64,000 nt of DNA from Schmidtea nova (lineage: Eukaryota): positions 17,918,001 to 17,982,000 of the forward strand of contig CM097883.1 of assembly GCA_044892505.1 (NCBI GenBank), given 5' to 3'. A model generated the notes under the pieces. The model was not told where the DNA came from. It did not search any database and saw nothing but the letters and a program-made list of their open reading frames with translations. The translations under genes and the position numbers were made by a program. Positions 52,721 through 63,314 of this stretch are shown one piece after another; the stretch's first letter is position 1, and each line of letters opens with the position of its first letter.

Positions 52721-54504
52721 ACAAAACTTCACAATATTAGGTCAAAAATTAAAATCAGCCCTCATTTTAACAGCTGCGACAACTTGCCTGTTATACACAG
52801 AGAAAATCAGCACGGCTTTTATCAACTTTTCTTCTGGAGAGTAGATAAGACGAATTATTATAGAATTTTAATGCAGCTTAGTATAAGCTATAATTTATCT
52901 CACATTCATTGGTGGTAAATTAAAATGAGGATTCACAAAACGAATTTAAGAAAGGGAAAACTCCAGAGTCATCGAGCAAATCTCCAATTTGAACGATATC
53001 AACCTTTCAGCTGCTAAATGCAAAACACCCCAGAGCCGAAGTCGATGAGAGTGACCGAGGAATTCTGGATGAATTTTGGAAACATGATAATTTTGTGTGG
53101 TGCAAGAAAATATATTACTGGACGAATGATAATACTATCAGACTGTTAGTTCAACATACGGGAGGTAAAAATTACTGTTCAATCAGAGTTGAAAAAGTGG
53201 AGGTACCCGAACAAAATAAAACGGACGAGCAATCAATAGTTGTATATCTAATGTGAATACGACTCATCATTATACCGTACCATGTGATAAATGTTTATTA
53301 AATTGTTGTTCTCTCTAGTGTTTTTTATTACTTAGCTTTGTGTAATTGGTTTCAATAAAAATATCATAGTGACCTAATTACTACCGTTTTAAAGAGTGGA
53401 CTCAAAAGTCTACTCAAAACTTTGATGACAGACTGGCCAACTTTTGAAGATTTGTAATTTTGTGCTTAAAAATATATTGTAGTATGGGTTTGTTTTTACC
53501 CTAAATTTAAATATAACTTGCATGCTGAATGTCGTGATTGACATCTGTAATTCAACCTAATGGCAGAAGACTGCGAATTTCTATTAATCTTTTAACAAAC
53601 ATTAATTAAATTGGGTTACAGCGTCAATGACGACTATTTTGTCTGTATATTTACAATGATTACAATGTAAGAGTTTGTTAGTTCACTATTCTCATCGAGC
53701 TAGTTATAATTCCAATTTATTGTGAACTAATAATACCCAGGTACTTTTCACTCAATTTAAGGGATGTATAGACGCTATCTTTTGGAACGCGATCACTTTT
53801 CCAGTGTCTTTAAAACACATACATTTAATTATGACTTATAAGGCCTGGCGATATTAAACAAATAAAATGAATCTTACCTTATTATTATCTTGAATTAAAA
53901 TAATAATAAAAATTAATATTTTAATAATTAACAATAATAACAATAAAATATTGCGATACGTTTAAAATACAGACAAAAAGAAAAGAACATCTTATTGATT
54001 TCTGTGCCAAAAATCAGTTCATTAACACTATTTTAAGCAATATATTATTAAGTTTATTAAAATTTGGATAAAAATAATATTTCACTTCCAAACTAATAAG
54101 ACCCAATAATATTGAAACTTTATTTACAATGCAAATCCAACAAAATTCAAATCCGATAAATTCAAAATCTTTGACAACAGATATTTTAAAGTTAAGAAAG
54201 TCTTGATGCTGTAATTTTTTTTGCTAGAATCCAGTTAATAGTTTAAGCCCTGGTCTTATTAAAGTGCCTCGTTTATTGAAACTAATAAATTAAATTCTTC
54301 ATAGAAGAAAAACAAATCTGTATAAAATAAACCTTTTCTGTATCCATAAGATTTGTATCAACCAATGAAGTTTAATGCACATTTTATCTAGTTTCTGTAA
54401 CCATATGAACTAAATTATATATGCTTGTCAAAAAATGAATTTTGTTTTTCAAATCGCGATGATTAATGACGTAAATTTGTTTCAATTAATTAATTTGAAT
54501 TGTT

Positions 54505-54733
54505 CGTCTGTGTGCGCAGTAGTTTAATTTTGGAAGAGAGAATGTTCGTCTGTGTGCGCCTCACGGTTTTTTTTGTTTATCGCGTATGTGTGCATTCGAG
54601 GTGGTCTGTGTGCGCTTCGTCAGTGAGTGAATTTTTCTCGCGTCCGTGTGTGTCTTTCTGTTTGTAACTGATCGCGTCCGTGTGTGGGTTTCTTATATTC
54701 GCGGTTGGTATTTTACTCAGCGTCTGTGTGCGC
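54505..54733 (+). promoter_or_regulatory. Array of 7 CGTCTGTGTGCGC-like motifs (putative promoter)
   Basis: Copies start at 54505, 54547, 54583, 54603, 54641, 54675 and 54721. TATAAA follows near 54764. Confidence 0.5.
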
Positions 54734-54849
54734 ATTGGTCATTTTTTTTAATTTTGGTGCGGTATAAATTGATATTGTTGAAAATTGATTTCTGAGGTTT
54801 TTTTCTAGATTGGAGTTGTTTAAATATTCCAATAATTGAAAGTTGGGAT

Positions 54850-55047
54850 TTGTTAAAAAAGGTGTTAATGGAACGAATTTTTGGAAGCTTCGATTTAGAA
54901 TTTATGGATCAAATTATGTCAATGGATAGGCCGACAAGAAAGGCTAAAGATGATCATTCAATACAGAATAATAATGATAATAACGCTACGCATATGCAAG
55001 GAAGTTCAGAGAATCATTACAATTATTTCAATTATTTGGCACATTGA
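54850..55047 (+). CDS. Short ORF running into an inverted-repeat arm
   Basis: Open frame (first ATG 54868) that reads NDNNATHMQGSSENHYNYFN through the left arm and stops 4 codons later. Confidence 0.3.
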   Translation: MLKKVLMERIFGSFDLEFMDQIMSMDRPTRKAKDDHSIQNNNDNNATHMQGSSENHYNYFNYLAH

Positions 55048-55361
55048 AGTTAGTCAAATCTAATCCATACCATTTGAAATGTTCTAGATCCGGAAATTGT
55101 TGGCTAGAATGATGCAAAGCACGCAATTTAGAAATCATTTTAGTAGAATCCAAGGCAGCATTGACAGCCACCTGCTTGGGAGTAACTAACAAGGCTTTAG
55201 CGAATCCATCTGGCCTGTAATCTGCATTCATGTTCATTGGCATATTGAAATTAGCATAATTAGCATCAATATTCATCGACATAACATCCCTATTGCTGTC
55301 ATTGAAATAATTGTAATGATTCTCTGAACTTCCTTGCATATGCGTAGCGTTATTATCATTA
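54972..55361. repeat. Perfect 61-bp inverted repeat with 268-bp spacer
   Basis: 54972-55032 is the exact reverse complement of 55301-55361. Confidence 0.95.
55028..55339 (-). CDS. ORF/exon spanning the right arm and spacer (103 aa, unknown)
   Basis: Open across the whole spacer. The frame stays open upstream of the ATG to about 55400. Confidence 0.35.
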   Translation of the reverse strand: MQGSSENHYNYFNDSNRDVMSMNIDANYANFNMPMNMNADYRPDGFAKALLVTPKQVAVNAALDSTKMISKLRALHHSSQQFPDLEHFKWYGLDLTNFNVPNN

Positions 55362-55409
55362 ACTTCGTATTGAAATTTTCCTTTTGTTAAAATCCGTTTG
55401 ATAGTTTAA

Positions 55410-56396
55410 TCACTTACTGGTGGACCCAGGCCAGGTGCTTTTGATTTTCTGAATCCTTATATAGCGTTCAGTGTCAGCTGTCATCTCTGGAATGTCACCT
55501 TTCAGTGGCAATGAACCGTTTCCTTCCGATTTTATGAAATCTTTCAAGGCCGCAACGAGAATCCAGAAAGATTTTGACTCACGGTTGATGTCAATACGAC
55601 GAGGATCTTCTAAAAGTGCCCTGGCGTTGATTAGAATCTCAGAAAGAAAAATAGTCGTTGGAATTGACTTCATAGCTTCTCCGAAACTCTCTAAGTATAG
55701 TGACAAAGGTAAGTCCTCTTTTGAGGCGCATAATTTTAGATAATCCTCGCGTCTTTTATTGATCATTTTCCTCAGATATGGTCTGTCTTTATACGAATTT
55801 GGCCATTTTTCGAAATGAGATTGAAATGAAGTAATATATTTCATTAAATTGTCTTTTCGATTTCCGAGCATAGATTTTCTACTATTAATTTTATTAGTAT
55901 CATTGGCTTCACATCTATCTTCTATATCATCAAGAATAAGTTTGGGGTTGGACAAAATGCTCTTTCGAAAATTATAACAAGGTTTACAAATTGGAGAATT
56001 TTGAAGCTTTTCTGTAAAAGGTGTTCGACCAACATTCAATTTGCGCCAATAATCACAGTCAGATTTGGGTGAATTAAATTGTAGCTTTTCTTCAATTACT
56101 GAAGCTCGCACATTATTAGAAATGATTGAATCTTCCATATACAACACATTATTTAAATCATCAACAAAAGAGCCCCCGACCCAACCGACCACACTCGAAT
56201 CAGCTGCAGCATCACACCCCCTTGCTTTAGGAAATTCCAAACCAGCACTAGGACCTTCCTCATAACAAGCAAATTTATCTAGGCTCTCTTTAAAGGGAAC
56301 TCTTAAGCTACTGGGAAATTCAGCATTTTCCCATAAACTATAATTTGAACCGCTATCAGAATATAGTTCGTGATCAGATTCCATTTCACCATTCAT
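55410..56396 (-). CDS. Chimeric ORF (328 aa) containing an NAE1/APPBP1-like segment
   Basis: Residues from about 183 to 318 resemble NAE1 (SFWILVAALKDFIKSEGNGSLPLKGDIPEMTADTERYIRIQ versus the FWIL.RALKEFV..EG.G.LP.RG.IPDM.AD consensus). The N-terminal part of about 180 aa is unrecognised. An AG lies directly before the ATG. Confidence 0.75.
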   Translation of the reverse strand: MNGEMESDHELYSDSGSNYSLWENAEFPSSLRVPFKESLDKFACYEEGPSAGLEFPKARGCDAAADSSVVGWVGGSFVDDLNNVLYMEDSIISNNVRASVIEEKLQFNSPKSDCDYWRKLNVGRTPFTEKLQNSPICKPCYNFRKSILSNPKLILDDIEDRCEANDTNKINSRKSMLGNRKDNLMKYITSFQSHFEKWPNSYKDRPYLRKMINKRREDYLKLCASKEDLPLSLYLESFGEAMKSIPTTIFLSEILINARALLEDPRRIDINRESKSFWILVAALKDFIKSEGNGSLPLKGDIPEMTADTERYIRIQKIKSTWPGSTSK

Positions 56397-56989
56397 CTTT
56401 AGATATAATGAACGTTCATATTAAATTTTCCACAAGTCTTAGTAGCGAAAGCAGTTTTTCAAATTTCCAATTTAATTTCAAAAATCACAAATCAAAACTG
56501 ATAAAATATCAAAAACTCCGCCCAAAAATCCACATCACAAAGACTTTATTTTTAAATTTCAAAACAGAAATATGCACAAAATAGCATAATTAAACAAAAA
56601 CAACAAAGTCCTTTTTTAAATCCTTTACATTAAAAATCCCACCAGATAAAATAATCAAAATAGCCCAGATAAACAAACTCAAAATAAGTCTCAAAAATTT
56701 TTTTAAATAATCGAATCCCAAATCTGAATTATTTTACTACAAGCGAAATTGAACAGCCTCGCGTCTGTGAGCGCACACCAACCAAGACTACACAAAATGT
56801 CACTACATCACCACCGCGCACACAGACGCGACGAAATGCATCCTGATAAAGAGCTGTACTGGAAATGTGATCACTGTTGGTATCTTTATGGGAGTTTTCT
56901 AACATTATTCTAACATTATTATTATGAATCCAATAGCCACGGAAACAATAAATTTAAATATTTCAACAATTCTTACACGCATTTAGCAC

Positions 56990-57030
56990 CATATAAGATT
57001 TATATAGATTTCGATAAGACCGTCTAACGG
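56990..57030 (-). ncRNA. Planarian SL-1 spliced-leader sequence (SL RNA gene/pseudogene or retro-inserted leader)
   Basis: CCGTTAGACGGTCTTATCGAAATCTATATAAATCTTATATG equals nt 2-42 of the S. mediterranea SL-1 leader as recalled. It is followed by GT, but I see no clear Sm site or stem-loops. Confidence 0.82.
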
Positions 57031-58294
57031 ATTTCAGACTCGCCCCACAATCTATCACAGCAATCAAGCCCCACCTTTAACTATTTAATTTTTAATTTAA
57101 TTAATTTTTAAATATTTTATTAAGCGGGCGCGACCAACTTACATTTTTAAAATGTCTCGCTTTTCGATTATTGAAAATAAAACTAAACTTAACTTCTTCG
57201 GACAAAAATTACAGATGTAAATATAGGTTAAACGATCAGATTTTTTAAAAATTTTAGTTTATTTTGTTTAAATCAATTTCCTTTTCTGGTCCTCTCTAAA
57301 TGATAGTTATTTTATAACTTGTTACATTTACTTTTAAAACCGCAAATTATCTCAATTTTTAGAAAAATTGATAATCAAACAATATTGGAAGAGAAAATGA
57401 TGAAACGGTTCGACAGAATTGGGTTAAAAAATATAATAAACCTTCGCCAACTAGACTAAAAATCTACAGATAACGTGATAAATTTGAAACACTGGGCCTA
57501 TCAATAATGCACCGAAGTGTGGACGATTAGTTAATGTTAACAATAATGAAAAAGAGTTGGTTGATTATTTATCCAAAGTCCGCAAAAATTTAAAAAATAA
57601 TTTCAATCGAGTGTTTGACTGTGTTTTATCAGATTGACGCCAAATACAAACAATAAGTGCACTAAACACGGAAATATCAGAAATATATAATGTTTAATAA
57701 AAAGACGCAAAACCTGAAATGCACAGCAAGAAAAATTAAATTTGATAAAATTTGCATAAAAACCATCAATTGGAACCATAACCAGATAAATAACAAAAAT
57801 CCATCTTGGTTGTCTAGATGGTAAAATTAATTAAATAAAAATAAAGATAATCAAGAAAGCAAAAAAATAAAACCGATAATCATTATCTGAAAAAGAAAAG
57901 AAAACAATTGGTTAGAAAGATCAAATTGAAATGGGCAGATCGACAATGATTGGTCGAAAATTAACCGCCAAGAGTATAAATAACAGTGCAAGACACAGTG
58001 AGAGGTCAATTTTTTCATTTTACTTAACCGAAATTTATTATAATCATCTTTTGAGCCGAATTTTGATGAAATAGGGTAGTCAAAGAAAGTTTAAGCAGCA
58101 AAGTCAAAAAAGCAAATACAAGTGGGCGCAAAAGTAAAATAAAAAAAGACATAGTTGCGCTGAAAGAGGAAACATGACGCTCAGGTGTTGGTATTAGATA
58201 CACTTCTAATATCAGAAGGATTCTGACAGGCTGCAGACCCGAAAGGACCTTAATTTATATTCTTTGTAAAATAAATAAATAAATGTTCTATGAC

Positions 58295-58376
<82 letters not shown>

Positions 58377-60369
58377 ATGCTTTCTTTATATATTCCTACA
58401 AAGTTTAATTATTACAAACATTATTATAAAACTACTGAAAATAGTTTGTTTAAATATTCGTAAAGTGATTTTCAAATTTAGAAATGACAGGCATTTATTT
58501 CATTTTCAGCAAAACGAATGACAATGCTTTATTGCAGATATCCAAGTTTAGCAAAATCTATCAACGTTTACGTGATACTGTGAAATTTAAGTCCAATTTC
58601 ATTTACTGTTAGAACATACAATTTTACAAATATTGAAGAAAATCCAGAAGCATGCCGAAGGATTGCTTTAAAAGAACATATATCAAGTTTTGAACAATTT
58701 GCCCAGATGATCTTTAACGCTTTGCTCCTAGCAAGTTTACAGTTTTAAAACCTAATCATTGTACATTTTGTCTCAAGACTATCACTCAATCTATTTGAAA
58801 CGCTAAGTCTATCTCAGAATTCAGGAGAAGGAAAATACTAAGAAAGAAGTGACAAGTCAATTGGAAAGAATTTCGTATTAGAGTGAACAGAATCTTTTTA
58901 AGATCGAAATAATTTCATCAAATAAACTTTGCGGAGAACAGCTTAACACTTAATTTATTATTATATTAATGTTGGGCCAGCCGAATACCTAAAAAATACG
59001 AAAAATAGGGGTATTACTTGTAAATTTTATATTATTTTTTTTGTATTTCTTGTTCTAGATCTCCCGGTTTGGCTATTTTCAAAAAATTCGGACTATTTTA
59101 TTCCCATGGGTAATTTGTTATTTTCCTAATCTATTTGCTTATAGCTTTCTTTAGGTTTTTATGTTCAATTGGATTATTTTACAATTATTTTGTTTTAATT
59201 ATAAGTACTTATTACCAAATAATTAACTGAAAAACTGGATCACCAAGCGAGAAAAATCAGAATATGAAATAAAATCAGTTAAAGTTAATTAGAAATAATG
59301 AGACTGACTTTGAAGGGCGGCCTGATACCGACCCGAAAGTCATAAAATCAGCATTACATTTTGAGACTTAGAACGATTAAACTGATTCTAATTTTTCACG
59401 ATTTAAGAAACACTTTTTGACAAATTCTCTATGGAAATTCAGAGTAATTTTTATTTTGTTTGAATTATTATGATGAGGTTATAATGCTCCATGGTTTCGT
59501 TTTGAATATGTATTTTATAAACCTATTATTTTCTGATTTATTCGATGATCATATTTCCATAAACATATAGATAAAGCTTCCTCAGTAGCTCACGCTGTGA
59601 GGGCGCAAGCCGTCTACGTGGGACTTTTTAGCTCCACGGGATGGTGAGTGGGTTAATTTTTTTAGAAAACTATTTGAATCGGTTTAGGGGTTGCACATAT
59701 GAGGTCGTAAGCACAGTTTTCATTGCAATCTTAAGTGATTTGAATTTGAGTAAATGTTACGAGGGTAGCTTTTGAACAAGCCTCAGGTGTACACATATTT
59801 TATTGCACCGACGATTTTTGCAGTATCACAAAGGAGATAGTAAACACAAATTTAAACATACGTTTCGTGTAAGGGTCAAATTGAGGAAACGGTCTCGAGC
59901 AAGTTTCAGGGGTCCATATAATTTAATCGCAAGTTGAGCAAGATGCCTGATGATTTTTAGCAGTGTTGTATAGGAGGGATTCTCAAAAATGTTTTACAAA
60001 TGTTTTACAAACGAGATTCGGGGAGTTTAAAGCGAGCAGAGACTATTGGTCGGAGAATTTTTATCTATGATTAAATACCCCTTCGGGAAGTCCCTACACA
60101 TCGTTAGAAACGATTTTGGTTGAGTTGATAAATGCGCAGCGTAGTGGGAGGAATTTTAAGCAGTCATGAAGGGTAATAGAAGTGAGTAGTGAATTATACA
60201 GACAAATTGCATAGAAATTTAAGGAGGACATAATTTTTTTGATACATGTTACAGGGTCATACGAAAGGAGGACTATGCAGTTCTGGGAAATTTTCAGACC
60301 AATGAGAAGCGGAAAGTTTAACATAATTTTTTTTCTTTTCTTTAAGCAGATGGAATTCGAAAAAAAACA

Positions 60370-60789
60370 ATGCAGCGACGGGCACCTAGTCAGGCCGATG
60401 TCTCGCCAAGTCAGCCTACTAGAAGTCTGAAAAACCTACCAGCTCCGATTTTGAGAACCTTGAATGCACAGATGTACAAGTGGCGTCAGGCGTTCAGAAA
60501 AAGATACCCATCCTTCATCTGGGAAACCAGGGGTGGCCCCGGTTGGCCGATTTCGACAGACCGACATTACTCCTCCACGTTTGGAAGATTCCTAATTCTG
60601 GTCAAAGAACACAAGCAGCGGCCGCAGATAGTAATTTACTGGGGGCATATCCCTCAAAGCGAACTCGCCGAATTGAGGTTGAATCTACTCACGTCCCCGC
60701 GTCCACTCAGAAAAGCTCAAGAAGAAAGATTGCAGACATTCTCCGAACTGCGCCTGAAACCCATCAATGACGGCCTCCACATCGCGTAA
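60370..60789 (+). CDS. ORF-A family copy 3, intact 139 aa
   Basis: Uninterrupted ORF after a pyrimidine-rich TAAGCAG acceptor (60349), with AATAAA downstream. Homologous to the copies at 9133 and 35466. Confidence 0.65.
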   Translation: MQRRAPSQADVSPSQPTRSLKNLPAPILRTLNAQMYKWRQAFRKRYPSFIWETRGGPGWPISTDRHYSSTFGRFLILVKEHKQRPQIVIYWGHIPQSELAELRLNLLTSPRPLRKAQEERLQTFSELRLKPINDGLHIA

Positions 60790-61334
60790 ATATTTGCCAG
60801 GTACAAGATCCCAGTGTTTGATCGTATAATGTATAAGTTTAAAAATAAATGTGTTCTCCTTTCGTTTGAATTTCATTTTGGAATAAAAAATGTCGCTAGA
60901 TATAGACGTAGAGATGTTGGTTTGATACTAAATTATAATCCATTATTATTTAGAGATTAAATGTAAAAATGTCCAATTCCTAATTCGTTTATAGAATGCG
61001 TAATGAATTGTTAATTTTTTATCATTATCATTTTTATTATTGTTGTTATCTTTATTGTTGTTATTATCATTATTATGGTTACCGTTGTGATCATGGTGTG
61101 TGTCATGTTGGACACCGGAAACCCCCCCCCCCAATTATTAGTGTGATTATAATTATTTTAACAGTTGGCCATATTTATTTTAATTGTAAATTTGAATTTG
61201 GCTTGCTATAGCAAATTGATATAGTAAGCCGAATTACAAATATAGAATATCGGTTATTTTTAATATCGGCTTAGAAATATTACCAATTAAAGCTTTTCAA
61301 TTACAGTTCATTCAATTATACTCGTTCAATACTA

Positions 61335-62610
61335 CGTGGTGCGCCCAATAAGTCGTGAGACTAAAATAGAAAGACTTAAGATATCAACACAAAACTTTGT
61401 ATTTAGAACAAGCATGGTAAATAGGCATCATTTCTCAAAATAATTTCCTTCTGCACTTACACAATTTTCCCAGCGAATAACGAGGTTTTCGAAGGCGGTT
61501 TTGAAGAATTCTGGAGGCTTTTCTCCCAGAAAACACTCCACGGCTGCTCTCAAATCATGTTTGTTGGCAAGCGCCTGGCCTCGCAGATGCTTTTTAAGAT
61601 GGTTAAATAGGAAAAAATCGGAGGGAGCCAAATCGGGGCTGTATAGTGGATGGGGAAGCAAATTGAGCCTGCAACGCTCAATTTTGGCCATGGAAACGCC
61701 GCTGGTGTGGATGGGAGCATTATCGTGTAAAAAATAGAGATCACACACTCTGCTCTTGCGTCGTGCCTTCCTTGCTTACTGCACGATGTTGGAGTAGTAA
61801 GAACTATTGATCTTCATGCTGGATTCAGCAAAGTCAGTCGGAATAATGCCATTGGCGTCCCAAAACACCGTTAGCATGAGAGCCTTTCGGTGGCAAGTTG
61901 AGGACCGCATTTTCAGTGAGCTGCTTTCTCCTGGCAGTTTCCATTCTTGAGACTCTCTTTTAGATTCGGGGACATAAAGGGACAACGGTGTCTCGTCCAC
62001 AGTGATGATATTATCAATGAAACGGTCTCCAACATTGGTCCTGATCTGCAGATTCTCCAAGCAGCATTCCAAGCGTCGTTGTCGCATTTCCAACGTTAAG
62101 AAGCGTGGCACAAAACGGGAACATAGTTTTCGAAAACCACTTTCAGTGAGGAGAGTATGCACAGTGCCTTTGCTCACATTTAGACGGGTTGTGAGCTCTC
62201 TCGTTCTTTTTCTCTCGTTTTGCACGCTTTTGCGTTATTTTTTCATCAATTTCTGAGGGTCTTCCAGATCTTTCTTCGTCCACCACGGACGTTCTACCAC
62301 TCTGAAAGTAATTGAACCAACGATAAATTGTTGCTGTGGATGGGCACTCTTGTTGGTAAACAACTTTCAGTTCAGAAAGAACCTCTTCTCTATTTTTTCC
62401 TTTCAGAAAGAGAAAGCGAATAACGCTACGGTATTGAATAGTTTCCAGAGGCATTTTTCGAATGTTCGCAAAAATATACGTAAACAATAATGGATTATTA
62501 AAACAATACATTTTCTTTACCTATATATGTTGAAGTTTAAATATGTCTGTATCAATTTTTTTACTATTATTATTTCTATATTAGTCTCACGATTTATTGG
62601 GCGCACCACG
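61335..62610 (-). mobile_element. Full-length decayed mariner (1276 bp)
   Basis: 30-bp TIRs CGTGGTGCGCCCAATAA(G/A)TCGTGAGACTAA with one mismatch, and TA on both sides. Confidence 0.94.
61428..62454 (-). pseudogene. Mariner transposase pseudogene (one frameshift, one premature stop)
   Basis: MPLETIQYRSV..., then a frameshift near 62230, FVPRFL, DETPL, TAA at 61776, HDNAPIH and YSPDLAPSD. Confidence 0.92.
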
Positions 62611-62612
62611 TA

Positions 62613-62700
62613 GCTTGCTCTATTAAAGCTTTTCCAATTATAGCTTGCTCAATTACAGCTTGTTCAATTATAACTTATTCAATTATAGCTTGTTCAATTC
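62613..62700. repeat. About 15-bp minisatellite (CAATTATAGCTTGTT-like), split by the mariner
   Basis: The same degenerate unit occurs at about 61290-61332 on the other side of the element. Confidence 0.75.
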
Positions 62701-62758
62701 TTAATCCCCTATAACTTACGTGAGTAGACTTATTGAAATTTTTGATCTCAATAAAAAT

Positions 62759-62993
62759 TGTTATTATTTATATTTGTTGTTAACTGTTGAAATTGTTATT
62801 TCGTATTCACATCCACAAGCACTTGCATAACAAGCACCCAGAGTGTCTACACACTGTTCTTGTAAGACTCTCTCGGGCTCTACAAATCTATCTACAATAG
62901 AAATTCCTCACACAACTCACACACATTCTCAACATAAATACTAATAAAAAACCATTTTAACACATAATAACAAAGTGGTATCAGAAGTGGGAT
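62759..62993 (+). mobile_element. LTR (about 214 bp) plus tRNA-Leu-type PBS
   Basis: TGTTATTAT...ATAATAACA (62759-62972), then TGGTATCAGAAGTGGGAT (62976-62993). Confidence 0.65.
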
Positions 62994-63074
62994 TTGAATA
63001 AAGACACCGAGCCCCGCGCCGAACGTTAAAAAGCGTTAAGAATCAGAGCCAGCCTAGAAATAGAAATCCAACAA

Positions 63075-63314
63075 ATGAAGACACGAATGACCCGAATAGA
63101 AGCGCAAATTCAATATCTAAGGCAGAGCTGGTTCGCACCTGCACGTATGAAGGATCAAATAGCTCGCACCGAACGCTCCTAACGAGTGGCGGAGGAAATC
63201 AAAGTCGAGTTGGAAGCGACTAAAATTGATTTACGGAAATGCCTCCATTACGTGACAAAATCTTTCATAGAAACCGAACTGAAGTCGCACATCAGGCCCA
63301 TCACGTATCAATAG
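63075..63314 (+). pseudogene. ORF-B family copy 2 (one in-frame TAA)
   Basis: MKTRMTRIEAQIQYLRQSWF...*RVAEEIKVELEATKIDLRKCLHYVTKSFIETELKSHIRPITYQ* aligns with 10020-10313. Confidence 0.6.

Noticed and set aside
59579-59660. CCTCAGTAGCTCA, tRNA A-box-like
   Set aside because: There is no B-box (GTTCRA) and no cloverleaf. At best it is an unrecognisable SINE relic.
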